This document shows positions 1 to 10,701 of a stretch of DNA of 23,023 nucleotides, in pieces. Numbering within the stretch: position 1 is the stretch's first letter; every line of letters begins with the position of its first letter. Below the pieces are notes generated by a model. That model was given only the letters and a program-made list of their open reading frames with translations. It had not been told where the DNA came from and did not search any database. Source of the DNA: Neoechinorhynchus agilis (Eukaryota; Animalia; Acanthocephala); the NCBI GenBank assembly GCA_051530055.1, contig JBMGUZ010000044.1:1-23023 (forward strand), in the 5' to 3' direction. The translations under genes were made by a program, and so were the position numbers.

Positions 1-29
1 TTTAAAATTCACTTCATCTCCGATTTATT

Positions 30-930
30 TAAGAAACAAAGGATATACCCCTGCAGTCCTCCCCCTTTGTCGAGCAGCATTTCTTGGGATCATTGTTGAA
101 TGCGCCGTTTGCCAGATTTGAGGTGCTGAGCCACCATTCATTATGATTCACGTCCCGCACGCATCATTTTCGCCGCAGCGATCGCTTCCTTCACGGAAAT
201 CGGTCCAGTGAAGTATGCCTCAGTGCTTGGGACGATTGTGCCTTTTGGAAGCGCCTCATCATCCGACGAGGAGGTCGGTGAATATACGCCAAAAGCATAG
301 AGATTTCTCGACCGATGCTTTATGCTGACACGAAGGATTCGGTCAGTTATAATATTGCATAGTGCTGAGTGTCGGAGACGGGGTGATAAACAAACGCCTA
401 CACCTCCATTTCCTCGACTGTCCGCAGATAGGTAAGATAATGACCAGCCTCCTCCTGATTTACGTCTCTGTCTGATTGCCCTCTTATGCGCAATTCTTGT
501 AAAAACACAAGATCCATTCTGGCGTCCCTTGCCAATTTGGACAGGGTTCACCTACGCCATTGCGCTCGCAGACTCCTACTATTCAAGGATCTGATTCGTA
601 GTAATCTTCTGTTTGAAATAGCTGGGTCAAAGGGCTCACGGCTGTCAGCGCCACCTGAACAGTCCGTACCCACCACGGTGATGAGCTTCGACTGACGCTT
701 TCGTTGCCTCCAGCGACAGTTTCGCCCATTTCGACGCTCAAGTCGTCGGCGAGAGCTACGACGCCCTCGCTTTTTCCCGTTGCACTGGTGGATTTTGTTG
801 CTCCCGTTCGCTGTCGCATCACCAATGGAGCGGCACACCGACCCCCGCGTTGACAGGCTACTATCAGTAGCTGTCTGGCCGCCGGAGCTGCTTCTTTTAC
901 GTGACCGACAAGAATCAGTAACATCAAGTC
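30..930 (-). mobile_element. Degenerate RTE-like LINE fragment: APE endonuclease joined by internal deletion to RT N-terminal remnants
   Basis: Minus-strand translation across frames gives LRIRSLNSRSL, then DLVFLQELR (after the stop of the 548..838 ORF), then GNGGVGVCL...RILRVSIK...VYSPTSSSDDE (APE motifs). This runs straight into PISVKEAIAAAKMMRAGR (RT lead-in), and DCRGIS occurs at about 41-58. The extent beyond 620 (putative 5' region) is uncertain. Confidence 0.75.
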
Positions 931-1080
931 CGATTATCGTGAAAGAGGCTCGTAGAGTTCTCGGCGAACATCCTAAGCTTAAAAATGTCGATATGTGAGA
1001 TACCGGGGAATGTGATTAGCCGTCTATTACTAACAAACTGATGATGAACCCGACGAGCTTCGAAACGTCTTTAATAAATA
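930..1080 (+). mobile_element. 3' end of a Penelope-like element (GIY-YIG C-terminal tail plus 3' UTR)
   Basis: PIIVKEARRVLGEHPKLKNVD* (930-998) fits the PLE terminal pattern KEA..I....P.LN. It is followed by a CTGATGA...CGAAACGTC motif and AATAAA at 1073-1078. Confidence 0.6.
1035..1072 (+). ncRNA. Candidate minimal type I hammerhead ribozyme (PLE-associated), probably decayed
   Basis: CTGATGA (1038-1044), extra T, stem II GAACC/GCTTC with one C-C mismatch around loop CGACGA, GAAAC (1062-1066), GTC cleavage triplet (1067-1069). Stem I is only AAA/TTT. Confidence 0.5.
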
Positions 1081-1084
1081 CTCA

Positions 1085-1520
1085 TTTACCGGGTGTAGAC
1101 TCCTAACTATAGTTAGGCAAATTAATTGCTTCGATGAAACCCCGCGTGCTCTTTCCCTTTACGGGAGGAATTGAATTCTGGTCAGCATTACACTGGCCTT
1201 GTAGAGCTCGTTTCCAACTGAACAAGGATAAAGGTAGGATCAAATCACTCCTTCCATACTCTTCTCAATGGTATCGCGTTGTCTCCAAGAAAAAATTCGT
1301 ACCTTCGCAGCAAGCAGCTATATCGTGGATTAAAACCTCGGGCCTCAACAACGTGGTCAAAACTCTTTGTGACTTTCATTCTGAAGAATGCTTACCAGCA
1401 TTATAAACAGTTTCCTTGCCTGTCAAACCAAGACGCCATGATCTTTAAGCCTCTGATATTGTTCAATGGTGGAGATCAAGGGATAAGATTTTCGATAACG
1501 GCTCATCAATATGTTTGAAA
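1085..1520 (+). pseudogene. Highly degenerate non-LTR RT N-terminal region (possibly R2/NeSL-like)
   Basis: Scattered motifs across frames: LPGVD, WPCRARFQLNKDKG, ITPSILFSMVSRCLQEKI and LGPQQRG. These resemble RT domains 0-2, but there are many stops and frameshifts. Confidence 0.3.
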
Positions 1521-1579
1521 GCCACGAATGTACTCGACAAGGTCAACGTACCCGAGAAGACCAACGCTGCCGAGCTCAT

Positions 1580-2980
1580 ACGCGTCTCTATTGGTGTGTG
1601 CCCGGTTTGCGATAAGTCTTTAAATTAACATATTTTAGGGGTTTGTTTGCCCATGGTCCCCGGGATCTCCGCTGTGGCGGGTCTGGTTCTCCACCACAAT
1701 CCCTGGGACCTCTCAGATCACAACTGACTCTATTTAGATATCTGATATGGTGCGGGTTCATCTCAGGAACGTCCTGAAACGGATCTCAAACTGCGCACTA
1801 CATCAGGTCGCCATAACATTTACGGGATTCCTTAACAATTGCCTCCAAAATAGCTGTGCGCCATCATGGGCACGGCTCTTCGCATTCCCGCGCTCAGTTC
1901 TTTGAACCAGTTATGATTCTGAAGTGTCTTTGACTCCTTCGAAAAGATATTTATCAATGCGAGGTTCGTAAGGGACCCACGAAGAAAGGGCTTCGTAGCG
2001 GTTTTGAGGGATTTTCAGAACGCCTTTAACTCTATCAATAGAGAATGCATGTTCTGTACACTTTGGGACCACGTACCAGAAGCCATCCAGTATTTTCTCA
2101 ATGCTCACGGGACCGTGACTCCTTTGCATTTCGAAGACCACCTCATTTGGTCCGAAAGAGGAGAGCAGCATAAGGATCCTCTCGATCCAATCGCATTCTC
2201 CCCAACAGTAAATCCAATAGCGCACTCTCTCCATTCCAGCTTCAGCGCTTGGTATTTGGATGCGGCTACGCTCGGAGGTGATCCCTCCATTGTACTGTGC
2301 GATTTGGAGACGCTGATTAGGGAGACCTCGAGAATGGACATAGAGCTAAGACTCGAGAGCAACTCAGCCTCTTGGGTAGTTGCGTATTTGATTATGTCAA
2401 TCTAAAAATATCACCGAAGTCGGGCGCTAGTAGACCTTGCCTTGCCAGCCTTTCTTGGATCGTATGAGCGAAGTCAACCAATGGCGAAGAAAATTCTGAG
2501 GGAAAAGTTTTGTCTTGACCAAGAATTTGTGGTGGCAGTTGAGGAATGGTGCCAGCATTCAGGCGCTAACCATGTTCCCGTGAATGGCGTCAGACAGTTG
2601 ATCTGGGAAATACCTTTCGCCGCGATATCTCAAAGCTCACTACTTTCTGGTTTTCGCGATGGGGTCGTCCGAGCTCGATTGTCGGCAATTTCGACACGAA
2701 AATCGGGGCGTGGTTGGAGGCTGTTCCTCTGGCATCCTTGGGAACTCTTCTCACTGATGAGGTAACGAGGATCGCAGTTTCCTTAAGACTTGGTCTCCCG
2801 ATAAGCACGCACCATCGCTGTCGATGTGAGTCTTTGGTTGATGCTTTCGGGCGACACGGTTTCGTTTGCCAAAAGTCAGGATGAAGGTTCTCACGTCATT
2901 CTGAGATCAACAGCGTAATTTCTCCGGCGTCGAGAACGGCGAACTAACCCAACATCTTGGAACCCACCAATCTTTGTCGA
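1580..2980 (+). mobile_element. CRE-clade (RLE-type) non-LTR retrotransposon, family A, internally deleted and 3' truncated
   Basis: N-terminal zinc finger CPVC..(frameshift)..HGPRDLRCGGS at 1599-1680, then VLKRISN and WARLFAF. RT motifs DFQNAFNSI, GEQHKDPLDP and WYLDAATLGG in 2004..2405. C-terminal LPAFLGS, ARLSA..SGAWLEAVP..LRLG..HRCRC..HGFVC..RFSRHSEIN..LEPTNLCR, ending before the RLE catalytic motif. Confidence 0.9.
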
Positions 2981-3509
2981 CATCTCTTTCTAGATTTTCA
3001 TTTGCAAGACATTTGTAAAATTCTGCTTTTTAAAATTTACTAAAGTCATGTTGCCTTGCAATTCACTGATTATTGATAATCTCATACGAGAATTTGTTAA
3101 ATTGGAGGGTCTCTGTTTCTTTAGATGTGAAAAAGTGACCAAGTTATCATTGGTGGCCTTGGAGATAATATCATTTATTTCAGTTAATTTTATACAGATT
3201 AGATTTTATTTGATGGCTTGAAATTAATGATAGTCTTGTCATAGAAAACCACTTTAGTCTTTAGATCGAACTGTCCAAATTCAAATAAAATAAGATCGTG
3301 TCCCATGGTTTTCTGATCTAGAATTTTAGCCCTCACTCTCACTGTTGATCGACCAAGCGGGTTAATGCATCTTGAAGGTACTGAGCAGCGAAACCAACTG
3401 AAAAGGAAGTAGCATTCTTTAGGTAAAGCATTACGAAACTGTTCACAAATACGTCCATCTTCCCAAAGTAGACGACTCGAATCTGTTCTTGTGCGCACTG
3501 AACACATTT
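2981..3509 (-). mobile_element. Penelope-like element 3' fragment (GIY-YIG endonuclease and 3' UTR), copy 1
   Basis: TKCVQC...VVYFGKMD (YIG in copies 2 and 3), then after a frameshift VRVRAKILDQ...LILFE...IINFKPSNKI, fitting the PLE GIY-YIG layout. Near-identical to 9636-10165 and 15139-15670. Confidence 0.7.
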
Positions 3510-3513
3510 GGTC

Positions 3514-3879
3514 TCAGATAACACGATTGAAATCAGCGCATTAGATGTGCTTAAAATGTTTTTGTATTTCGTAACAACTTTCGAGCACCACAGATTTAAT
3601 TCATGTGTCTTTTATCAACTTCAATCCTTAAACTAAGTGTCAAAATTTAACAAGTAACATCAAACCGTAATTGCAGGTTAATTCAGCGTCAAAAGTAGAT
3701 CTAGAAAAGTTAATTTTATCTCAAATTTATTGACGTTTTAATATCAATAATCAAGGTAGTTCTTCTCAAAATGTAACAACAAATAACTTAAGAACCATGA
3801 TAGCTATCGCAAATCCGAAAACAGATTTGGAATCAGCGTGTTAAGATGTACTAAATGAGCTGATTCCGTTCACTACAGC
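3514..3879. repeat. 366-bp direct repeat, copy A (period 454 bp)
   Basis: Aligns by eye with 3968-4333 (about 90%). Contains the inverted pair GGAATCAGC (3829-3837) / GCTGATTCC (3859-3867). Confidence 0.95.
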
Positions 3880-3967
3880 TGTAATATTCGCATCGGAAAT
3901 CGCATTGTCATATTTTGTCAATATTCACAAGGGTGAAAGATCACTAAATTTGCAAGAATCATTAAAA

Positions 3968-4333
3968 TCAGATAACACCATTGAAATCAGCGCATTACAT
4001 ATGCTCAAAATGTTTTTGTATTTCGTAACAACTTTCGAGCACCACAGATTTAATTCAGGTGTCTTTTATCAACTTCAATCCTTAAACTAAGTGTCAAAAT
4101 TTAACAAGTAACATCAAACCGTAATTGTACGTGGATTCAGCGTCAAAAGTAGATCTAGAAAAGTTAATTTGATCTTAAATTGATTGATGTTTTAATATCA
4201 ATAATCAAGGTAGTTGGTCTCAAAATGTAACAACAAATAACTCAAGAACCATGACAGCTATCGCAAATCCGAATACAGATTTGGAATCAGCGCGTTAAGA
4301 TGTACTAAGTTAGCTGATTCCGTACACTACAGC
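3968..4333. repeat. 366-bp direct repeat, copy B
   Basis: Starts TCAGATAAC and ends CACTACAGC, exactly 454 bp downstream of copy A; 88-bp unique spacer between the copies. Confidence 0.95.
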
Positions 4334-4339
4334 AACGAC

Positions 4340-5210
4340 TGAACGTTGGTATACATTTATATTGACAATCAGTTAAAAACTCGCGTTAACTATGCTGTCC
4401 AGCTTTATTTATTGATCTGGATAACTCGCGCATTTGTTGAACTCCTTAGCCCATGAATCAATACGATTCAAAAGTTGTATTTTGATTTAAGGAATGCATC
4501 GACACAGAACAACTCATAATTTTGGATAGATTTTACTTGAAACATAAACTTAAAGAAGAATTGCTGGCACTGATTCCAACACAAAATTTAACAAACGGCA
4601 ACGATATACATAAAAGACACTGAAGGAATTTTTATTAAGCAATGATAACTTCATGAGAAAGTTCTTATCGGTCAATAATGGTTGGACGGAGAAAAGGCCA
4701 GATTGTGTTCCTGGTAGCCGATAACGATTTTCCGAGCTTATCAATGTATTATTCACCAGCAAACTTTGTGTTAAAAACTTAAAGACGATAAGCTGCAAAA
4801 TGTTATGTCTATTGTTGTTAAAATTTTAAACTTATTCATGCAAATCTTTTAAATCACAAACAGTTTTAAGACATTGCTACAAGAATACGATAGCAATTAT
4901 AGTGATTTTGTTCTGCGTGCCAAAGTTCACAAGCTGAGGAAAGAGAAAGTACTGACAAAACTATTGGATCTAATTGAAGAACTCAAAATATTTCTTAACG
5001 TGAAATCCAAGGAGCTGTTGAAATATCTTTAAGCGCCAAAGTTTATTCTTTTGGTGGAGTTTTGAAACCATTAGAAAAGTTTAAATTGGATTTTTCCACA
5101 AATATCAAAATGCTATAAAAAGATATTGACAATGTTCGGAAGCAGCTACGATTTTTAAACTGGATTTTTTTTAGAAAATGACTAACATCAAGTTGAAAAA
5201 GCGAATGTTT
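4340..5210 (+). mobile_element. Degenerate hAT transposase fragment (Buster/SPIN, GTF2IRD2/FAM200-like)
   Basis: Across frameshifts: IDNQLK, SLAHES, DTEQLII..RF, EELLALIP..TNGNDI, YQCIIHQQTLC, NVMSIVVKILN, LNHKQF, YSDFVLRAKV...KVLTKLLDLIEELKIFL. This is the canonical motif order of this hAT subfamily. No TIRs were seen. Confidence 0.85.
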
Positions 5211-5289
5211 TTGACTGACGAACTGATCTTAGTTGTTTCTATACGATTGTGCGCTGAACCGTCACACGGCACATTAACTAGTTTATTTT

Positions 5290-5500
5290 TATCCCCGCCT
5301 TAACACGCCTTTTCTGGAGTTTTGGACGCCCGATTCGGTGCCACAAGTGCTCACCTCCGCCTTTGTGGCGAATTGCATTGTGCATCGTAATCCGTTGATC
5401 CTCACTTCAATTTCCATTTTCTTCTTCTTTGATCGATTTGGTTGATTCACCTTTTCCATGTCGAACATATCGCCCTCGCTTTCTTCTCCTTTCCCCTCCT
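5290..5500 (-). mobile_element. Ty3/Gypsy aspartic protease relic
   Basis: MEIEVRINGLRCTMQFATKAEVS (degenerate DTGA motif) then frameshifted LWHRIGRPKL, paralleling INGIQITMEYDTGASVS..YWRRIGQPTL at 18263..18838. Confidence 0.6.
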
Positions 5501-5967
5501 CGAGGATATGTAAAAGTGGGCTCTGCTGTTTTTACAGATAAATAATCCGATAATACTTACTATTGATCAGTGATGAAGCGGGCATATCGACTATCAGAAG
5601 CGAGAAGTTGAGAAGTCTCGCGCTTGATTCTTAGCCTTATTGCACTGGATCCCTCTTAAAATATTTCTAAAGACAGCAGAGAAACACTGAGAGATTTGAT
5701 ATTAATCCAACATTTAGTCTTGCTCTTCTGCCTTGATCAACGCTTACGGAAATTCTTATAAAATGTATCAGAAAAAGGACGATGTGTGTGTTAATTTTGT
5801 TGTAATGTATGTATGAGGCTTGTTTAAAGTAAAATTAAAAAGCAATAAAATTTTTAAAATGCGCAAATCGTAACAAAAGCGACTTAGAAATGTTGTTTGC
5901 TGATGTCGTTCAAGACATAAGAAACACTCACACAAAAAGACCATCGAGTTATCTTAAAAGATTTTAG

Positions 5968-6668
5968 CTACATTTCTCCTCGAGAAGGATCCTTCGATCG
6001 CTTCGTCTGGTGAATCAGTACCTGGAATGGAATCGCGAATTAAAGTAGGATTTTCGCTAGGAACCGAAGCAATCGAGATGAGAAGCTCAACTGGCGATTC
6101 TAAATCTTTGGCAAAAAACTAGAGTTCGGCGTCTCCAAGTGCAGCATTGATAAATTCTCCGTCGTACGATTTCGGCCCAAATCCATGCGGAAATAACTGG
6201 TGCAATCAAAATTATCAATCAAGGTGGAATAAAAGTTACAAGGGATATGAAGCACAAACATTGCCATCTCAGGCGAGCAAAGCAGAGGTACCGTCTCAGA
6301 AAAACACAAAGAATATAGTCAAAGGCGTGAGCATTACGGGGATTCCTGCTCAGCCGAAGACTGAAGGAATAGAGCATAAATCGATACTCAAAGGCGCCGA
6401 TGTGAAACCAAAGGTTATATTTGACGACCACCGAACGACGAATTCAAGTTTGGATATCGAGTCAATTAAAACGACCTCGCTAGAGCTTACAGAAATAACA
6501 ACTGCCGAATCTTTAAGAACGACCGATGTACCAATCGAGAAAATGGAAATTACGACTGAAGCTTCTAAGACGCCAATAGCCTTGGAACCTTGCCTTGTTG
6601 CTCAAAATGGTTCAGCATCGCGGAACTGGCATTGGTGCCTCTCCTTAGAGCTTATTTGCGTTCTTTAG
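5968..6668 (+). CDS. Putative terminal exon of a Ser/Thr-rich, possibly GPI-anchored or membrane protein; contains one in-frame TAG (6120-6122), possible pseudogene
   Basis: TTTTAG acceptor ends at 5967. The frame is open 5968-6668 apart from the single TAG. Encodes a Thr/Glu-rich stalk and the C-terminus NGSASRNWHWCLSLELICVL. Confidence 0.4.
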
Positions 6669-7394
6669 TTCTTCTTTCAAATTTGTTTGGTTGGCAAACA
6701 TTCGTGAGGGTAATTCTGTTAGCTTTCATATTCATCTCGTTTCTTCACCATGGAGCTTAATGATTCAGCTTTCGTCGTGTAGATACAAAAATCTAGGCCT
6801 TTGAACGGAGCTCCTTTTATGGGATTTAATAAAACTCCTTCACAATTTCCACCATAAACAAACATAACGATAAAAAAACCGGAAGCAATAAATTATTTGT
6901 CTGGTTCAAAAGATTTCACCATTAATTTTGGATCGTTAAACGGACGAAGAATATTGCACTGTTGTTCTATTTTATTTGCTGGTGTAAATGGGAAGAAAAA
7001 GTCCATAAAACCCGAAACGTCGAATTTGGCATAGCGGTCCGTATTTACCCTTTAAACTTATTCGGCATTCAAAGAATAAAACATCGATTATCGCTTTGAA
7101 ATTAGCCAAAAGCAATGCGCCTGAATGTTACGTAAAGAACATAATTATTTTAAGGTTTGAACTGACAAAAAAATTAAAAACCAAAACGTAAACGCTTATT
7201 TCTTGGTTATTAGAATCTAAAAACGATTCCGAAGTTCTTCAAAAGCGCATACGACGACTAACAATAGGTTTTTAAAAAATAAAAAATGGATAATGCGTCC
7301 AAAATTCATATTTTTGAGAATAAAGCAAGCGCTGAAAGTTTGAAAAGTTCACTAACAGTTAGTTTTCGGCAACGATGTAAAGTCCGACAACGAC

Positions 7395-8520
7395 AAACGT
7401 AGCAGCAATAGTTCTGGACGATTTTAAAATACTCGTAGAAAAAACCAAAGAACTGGGGTTGCAACTCAATTTCGCAAAGTGCCAAATTCTGCTGCTAAAC
7501 ATGAAGGGAAAAAACGAGCCAATTATATTGGATGAGTTTTCATCGGTTGCACTAGGAATAGAAACCATTAATCTTAGTAAGCTTCGTCTATTGGGATCTT
7601 GCGTGATGAAGGAGAATCTTCCAAAGGATATTGAAATGACCGCTTCAGAGCTAAAGCTGATATGCAAGAGAACATCGGATTTGAAGAGCCATGAAGCAAT
7701 CTTTTTGGTAAAGAACTGCCTCTTCGTGCCTAAGCTCCTGCACAAACTAAGGACTGTTCCTGCCTTCGACAACACGGACGACCTCGATAAATTGGACTGC
7801 CTATTGCGCGGTGAGCTGGAGAAAACGCTTAACATCGCCTCTGACGATACATCATGGAGACAAGCTACATTACGACATTAAGTGGGGGTTCCGGACTACG
7901 ACAGGCTAAAGATGTCACTTTACCGGCTTTCCTTGCCTCCATTTGTGCTAGTCTTAAGTACTCAACTATTATTTTTCCTGAGGTCAACGCGGAGCATTTC
8001 GATCGAGCCTTTGTGAAATTGGACAACATTAAGCTGGCAAACACAGATACCTCGAGAAAGCAACAAACAGCAAGCGTTGGATTCTCCACTCGTTCATCGG
8101 GTTCAATCTCAATTACAAGACCAGGTGGATGAAGTGGCTAGGATCCCTCTCGCTGCTTGTTCGACCAAAGAATCTGGAGCCTGGCTTGATGCTCTACCAT
8201 CCTCAAATTTGGGCACTTTGCTGGATGATGAGACCTTCCGTATTGCTTACTGTCTCAGATTCGGAATGGACATTTGCGTCGCTCATAAATGTCGATGTGG
8301 TGTCACAGTGGACAGCAACGGACTCCCATGTAAACTGTCCCCAGGACGTTTTCCCCGCCATGCTGAAATCAATGCTATCATAAGTCGAGCGCTGAGATCG
8401 ATTCATGTGCCCTGCATCCTGGAGCCAAAAAATCTCTGCCGCCCAGACGGGAAACGCGGATTAATTCTCACTCGTAGCTGGTCTAGAATCGTAAGCGGCG
8501 CGAAGTCGCAAAATAAGGTT
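7395..8520 (+). mobile_element. CRE-clade non-LTR retrotransposon, family B, 5' truncated and frameshifted
   Basis: LGLQLNFAKCQI, PKLLHKLRT, WRQATL, SGLRQAKDVTLPAFLAS, SGAWLDALPSSNLG, HKCRCG, GRFPRHAEIN, LEPKNLCRPDGKR-GL. The sequence is clearly diverged from family A. Confidence 0.9.
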
Positions 8521-8523
8521 ACT

Positions 8524-8850
8524 GGCTTTTGCCGTGAAATATATTGGCAGCGAAGTAAATATGGCAAATTCCTCCGAACCCGAAATAACTGCTCATATAC
8601 AAAGAGGGTGGCTCAATTGGAGGAAGATGTCTAGTGTACTATGCAACAAAAAGATCTCACCAAAACTGAAAGGGCGGGTGTTCGAGACCGTGGTGCGGCC
8701 AGCCATGTTATATAGCGCAGAAACTTGGACGACCAAGCAAAACGACCTCAGAAGATTAGAAACGCACGAGACGAGGATGGTGAGATGGGCAGCAGGGTGC
8801 ACTCTCAAGGATAAGCAAAGAAATGTGGACATCAGGGAGCTGTTCGGCAC
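8524..8850 (+). mobile_element. RTE-clade LINE fragment (post-RT region)
   Basis: KYIGS..EITAHIQRGWLNWRKMSSVLCNKKISPKLKGRVFETVVRPAMLYSAETW..RLETHETRMVRW..RNVDIR is the typical RTE C-terminal domain. Confidence 0.9.
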
Positions 8851-8899
8851 TTTCCGCTGTTCAGAGTTGATCGTCCAATCTACGAACGGGCACTAATTG

Positions 8900-9204
8900 C
8901 TCGACCACGAATGCCACGGTTTTTACCCCATAAATTTGTTCAGACGGTTTTGTCTGAAATTATCACTAATTTTAATTCGAATCAGAAGTCAATGAAGATT
9001 TTAATTTCCTTCGATATCTCTAAGGCTTTTGATAACATTGATATCGCTTTTATAATAAAGATCCTTCGTTGTTTTCACTTCGCTTATAACCTAGTTGCAC
9101 GAGTGAACAGCACTATGAAGTCTAAGCAATTTTTTATCAAGATAACACATCTGACAAGATTTATCATCAAACTGAAGGAGTTCCACAAGGGTCCCCGCTC
9201 TCGC
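8900..9204 (+). mobile_element. APE-type LINE RT core fragment from a third family
   Basis: SFDISKAFDNID, followed after a frameshift by GVPQGSPLS (about 9175-9203); breaks directly into CRE family A sequence. Confidence 0.8.
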
Positions 9205-9635
9205 TGCCAGCATGGAGGCGCTAACTATGTTCCCGGGAATGGCGTCAGACAGTTGATCTGGGAAAGACCTCTCGCCGCGAGATCTCACAGCTCACTACTT
9301 TCTGGTTTTCGCGATGGGGTCGTCCGAGCTCGATTGTCGGCAATTTCGACACGAAAATCGGGGCGTGGTTGGAGGCTGTTCCTCTGGCATCCTTGGGAAC
9401 TCTTCTCACTGATGAGGTAACGAGGATCGCAGTTTCCTTAAGACTTGGTCTCCCGATGAGCACGCACCATCGCTGTCGATGTGAGTCTTTGGTTGATGAT
9501 TTTGGGCGACACGGTTTCGTTTGCCAAAAGTCAGGAGGAATGTTCTCACGCCATTCTGAGATCAATAGCGTAATTTCTCCGGCGTCGAGAACGGCGAACT
9601 AACCCAACATCTTGGAACCCACCAATCTTTGTCGA
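9205..9635 (+). mobile_element. CRE family A 3' fragment, copy 2
   Basis: Near-identical to 2550-2980 and ends at the same CTTTGTCGA|CATCTC junction. Confidence 0.9.
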
Positions 9636-10447
9636 CATCTCTTTCTAGATTTTCATTTGCAAGATATTTGTAAAATTCTGCTTTTTAAAATTTACTTAAG
9701 GTCATGTTTCCTTGCAATTCACTGATTATTGATAACCTCATACGAAAATTTGTTAATTTGGAGGGTCTCTGTTTCCTTAGACATGAAAAGGTGACCAAGT
9801 TATCATTGGCTTCCTTCGAGATAATATTATTCATTTGAGTTAATTTTATACAGATTAGATTTTATTTGATGGTTTGAAATTAATGATAGTCTTGTCATAG
9901 AAAACCACTTTAGTCTTTAGATCGAACTGTCCAAATTCAAATAAAATAAGATCGTGTCCCATGGATTTCTGATCTAGAATTTGAGCCCTCACTCTCACTG
10001 TCGATCGACCAAGCGGGTTAATGCATCTTGAAGGTACTGAGCAGCGAAACCAACTGAAAAGGAAGTGACATTCTTTAGGTAAAGCATTACGAAACTGTTC
10101 ACAAATACGTCCATCTTCCCAATGTAGACGACTCGAATCTGTTCTTGTGCGCACTGAACACATTTAGTCTAATAGTTGGCATTACTCCTCGTGCAAAGTT
10201 GCATTTTTGGCGTCAATCGTCCTTGGACATTGCTTGCCGGATGCTTTTTCGGAGGGCTCCTGTGAACTGATCGAATTTATAGACCTGTCTCTTTTTGAGC
10301 CTTCTGATGTCGCTCTTGGGTTTTTTCTCTAACGAATGGGATCCTGAGGACTGCTAAGGCATCACTATTCATTTCCCTCTTTCTCGAACTTCCACCAGCT
10401 GATTCTGTTGGTCGTTGAAACTTCTCGATTTCCCGATCCTCATAACC
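9636..10447 (-). mobile_element. Penelope-like element 3' fragment, copy 2
   Basis: GY..REIEKF..LRIPFVREK (linker), CTRSNANY*TKCVQC..VVYIG (GIY-YIG), ILDQ..FKPSNKI. Carries a 38-bp deletion relative to copy 3. Confidence 0.75.
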
Positions 10448-10701
10448 ATCGATACCATGCAAATAAATGCAAAGATTATTAAGAACTGTAATATTTCTCA
10501 ATACCAAATCGATCAAGGAATGTCATTATTTCTGTGCGTGAACAATATTTATAACGTGCTTTTTAGTATTGCGGAAGGAAAAATGTTGTCATTAAGACAT
10601 GTCAATTGCTGTTTTTTTATCAAGAGATAGAATCTACAACCTATTGATTTTTATTGATACTTTTATTAATTGGAAGGGAAACTTTCTTTTTGATAGTTAC
10701 T

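Noticed and set aside
2981-3200. Helitron 3' end as the carrier of the triplicated block (CTAG near the junction)
   Set aside because: No subterminal GC-rich hairpin and no A|T target; the adjacent sequence is better explained as PLE GIY-YIG plus 3' UTR.
3514-4333. TRIM or mini LTR retrotransposon (two direct repeats with a short internal region)
   Set aside because: No TG...CA termini, PBS, polypurine tract or target duplication.
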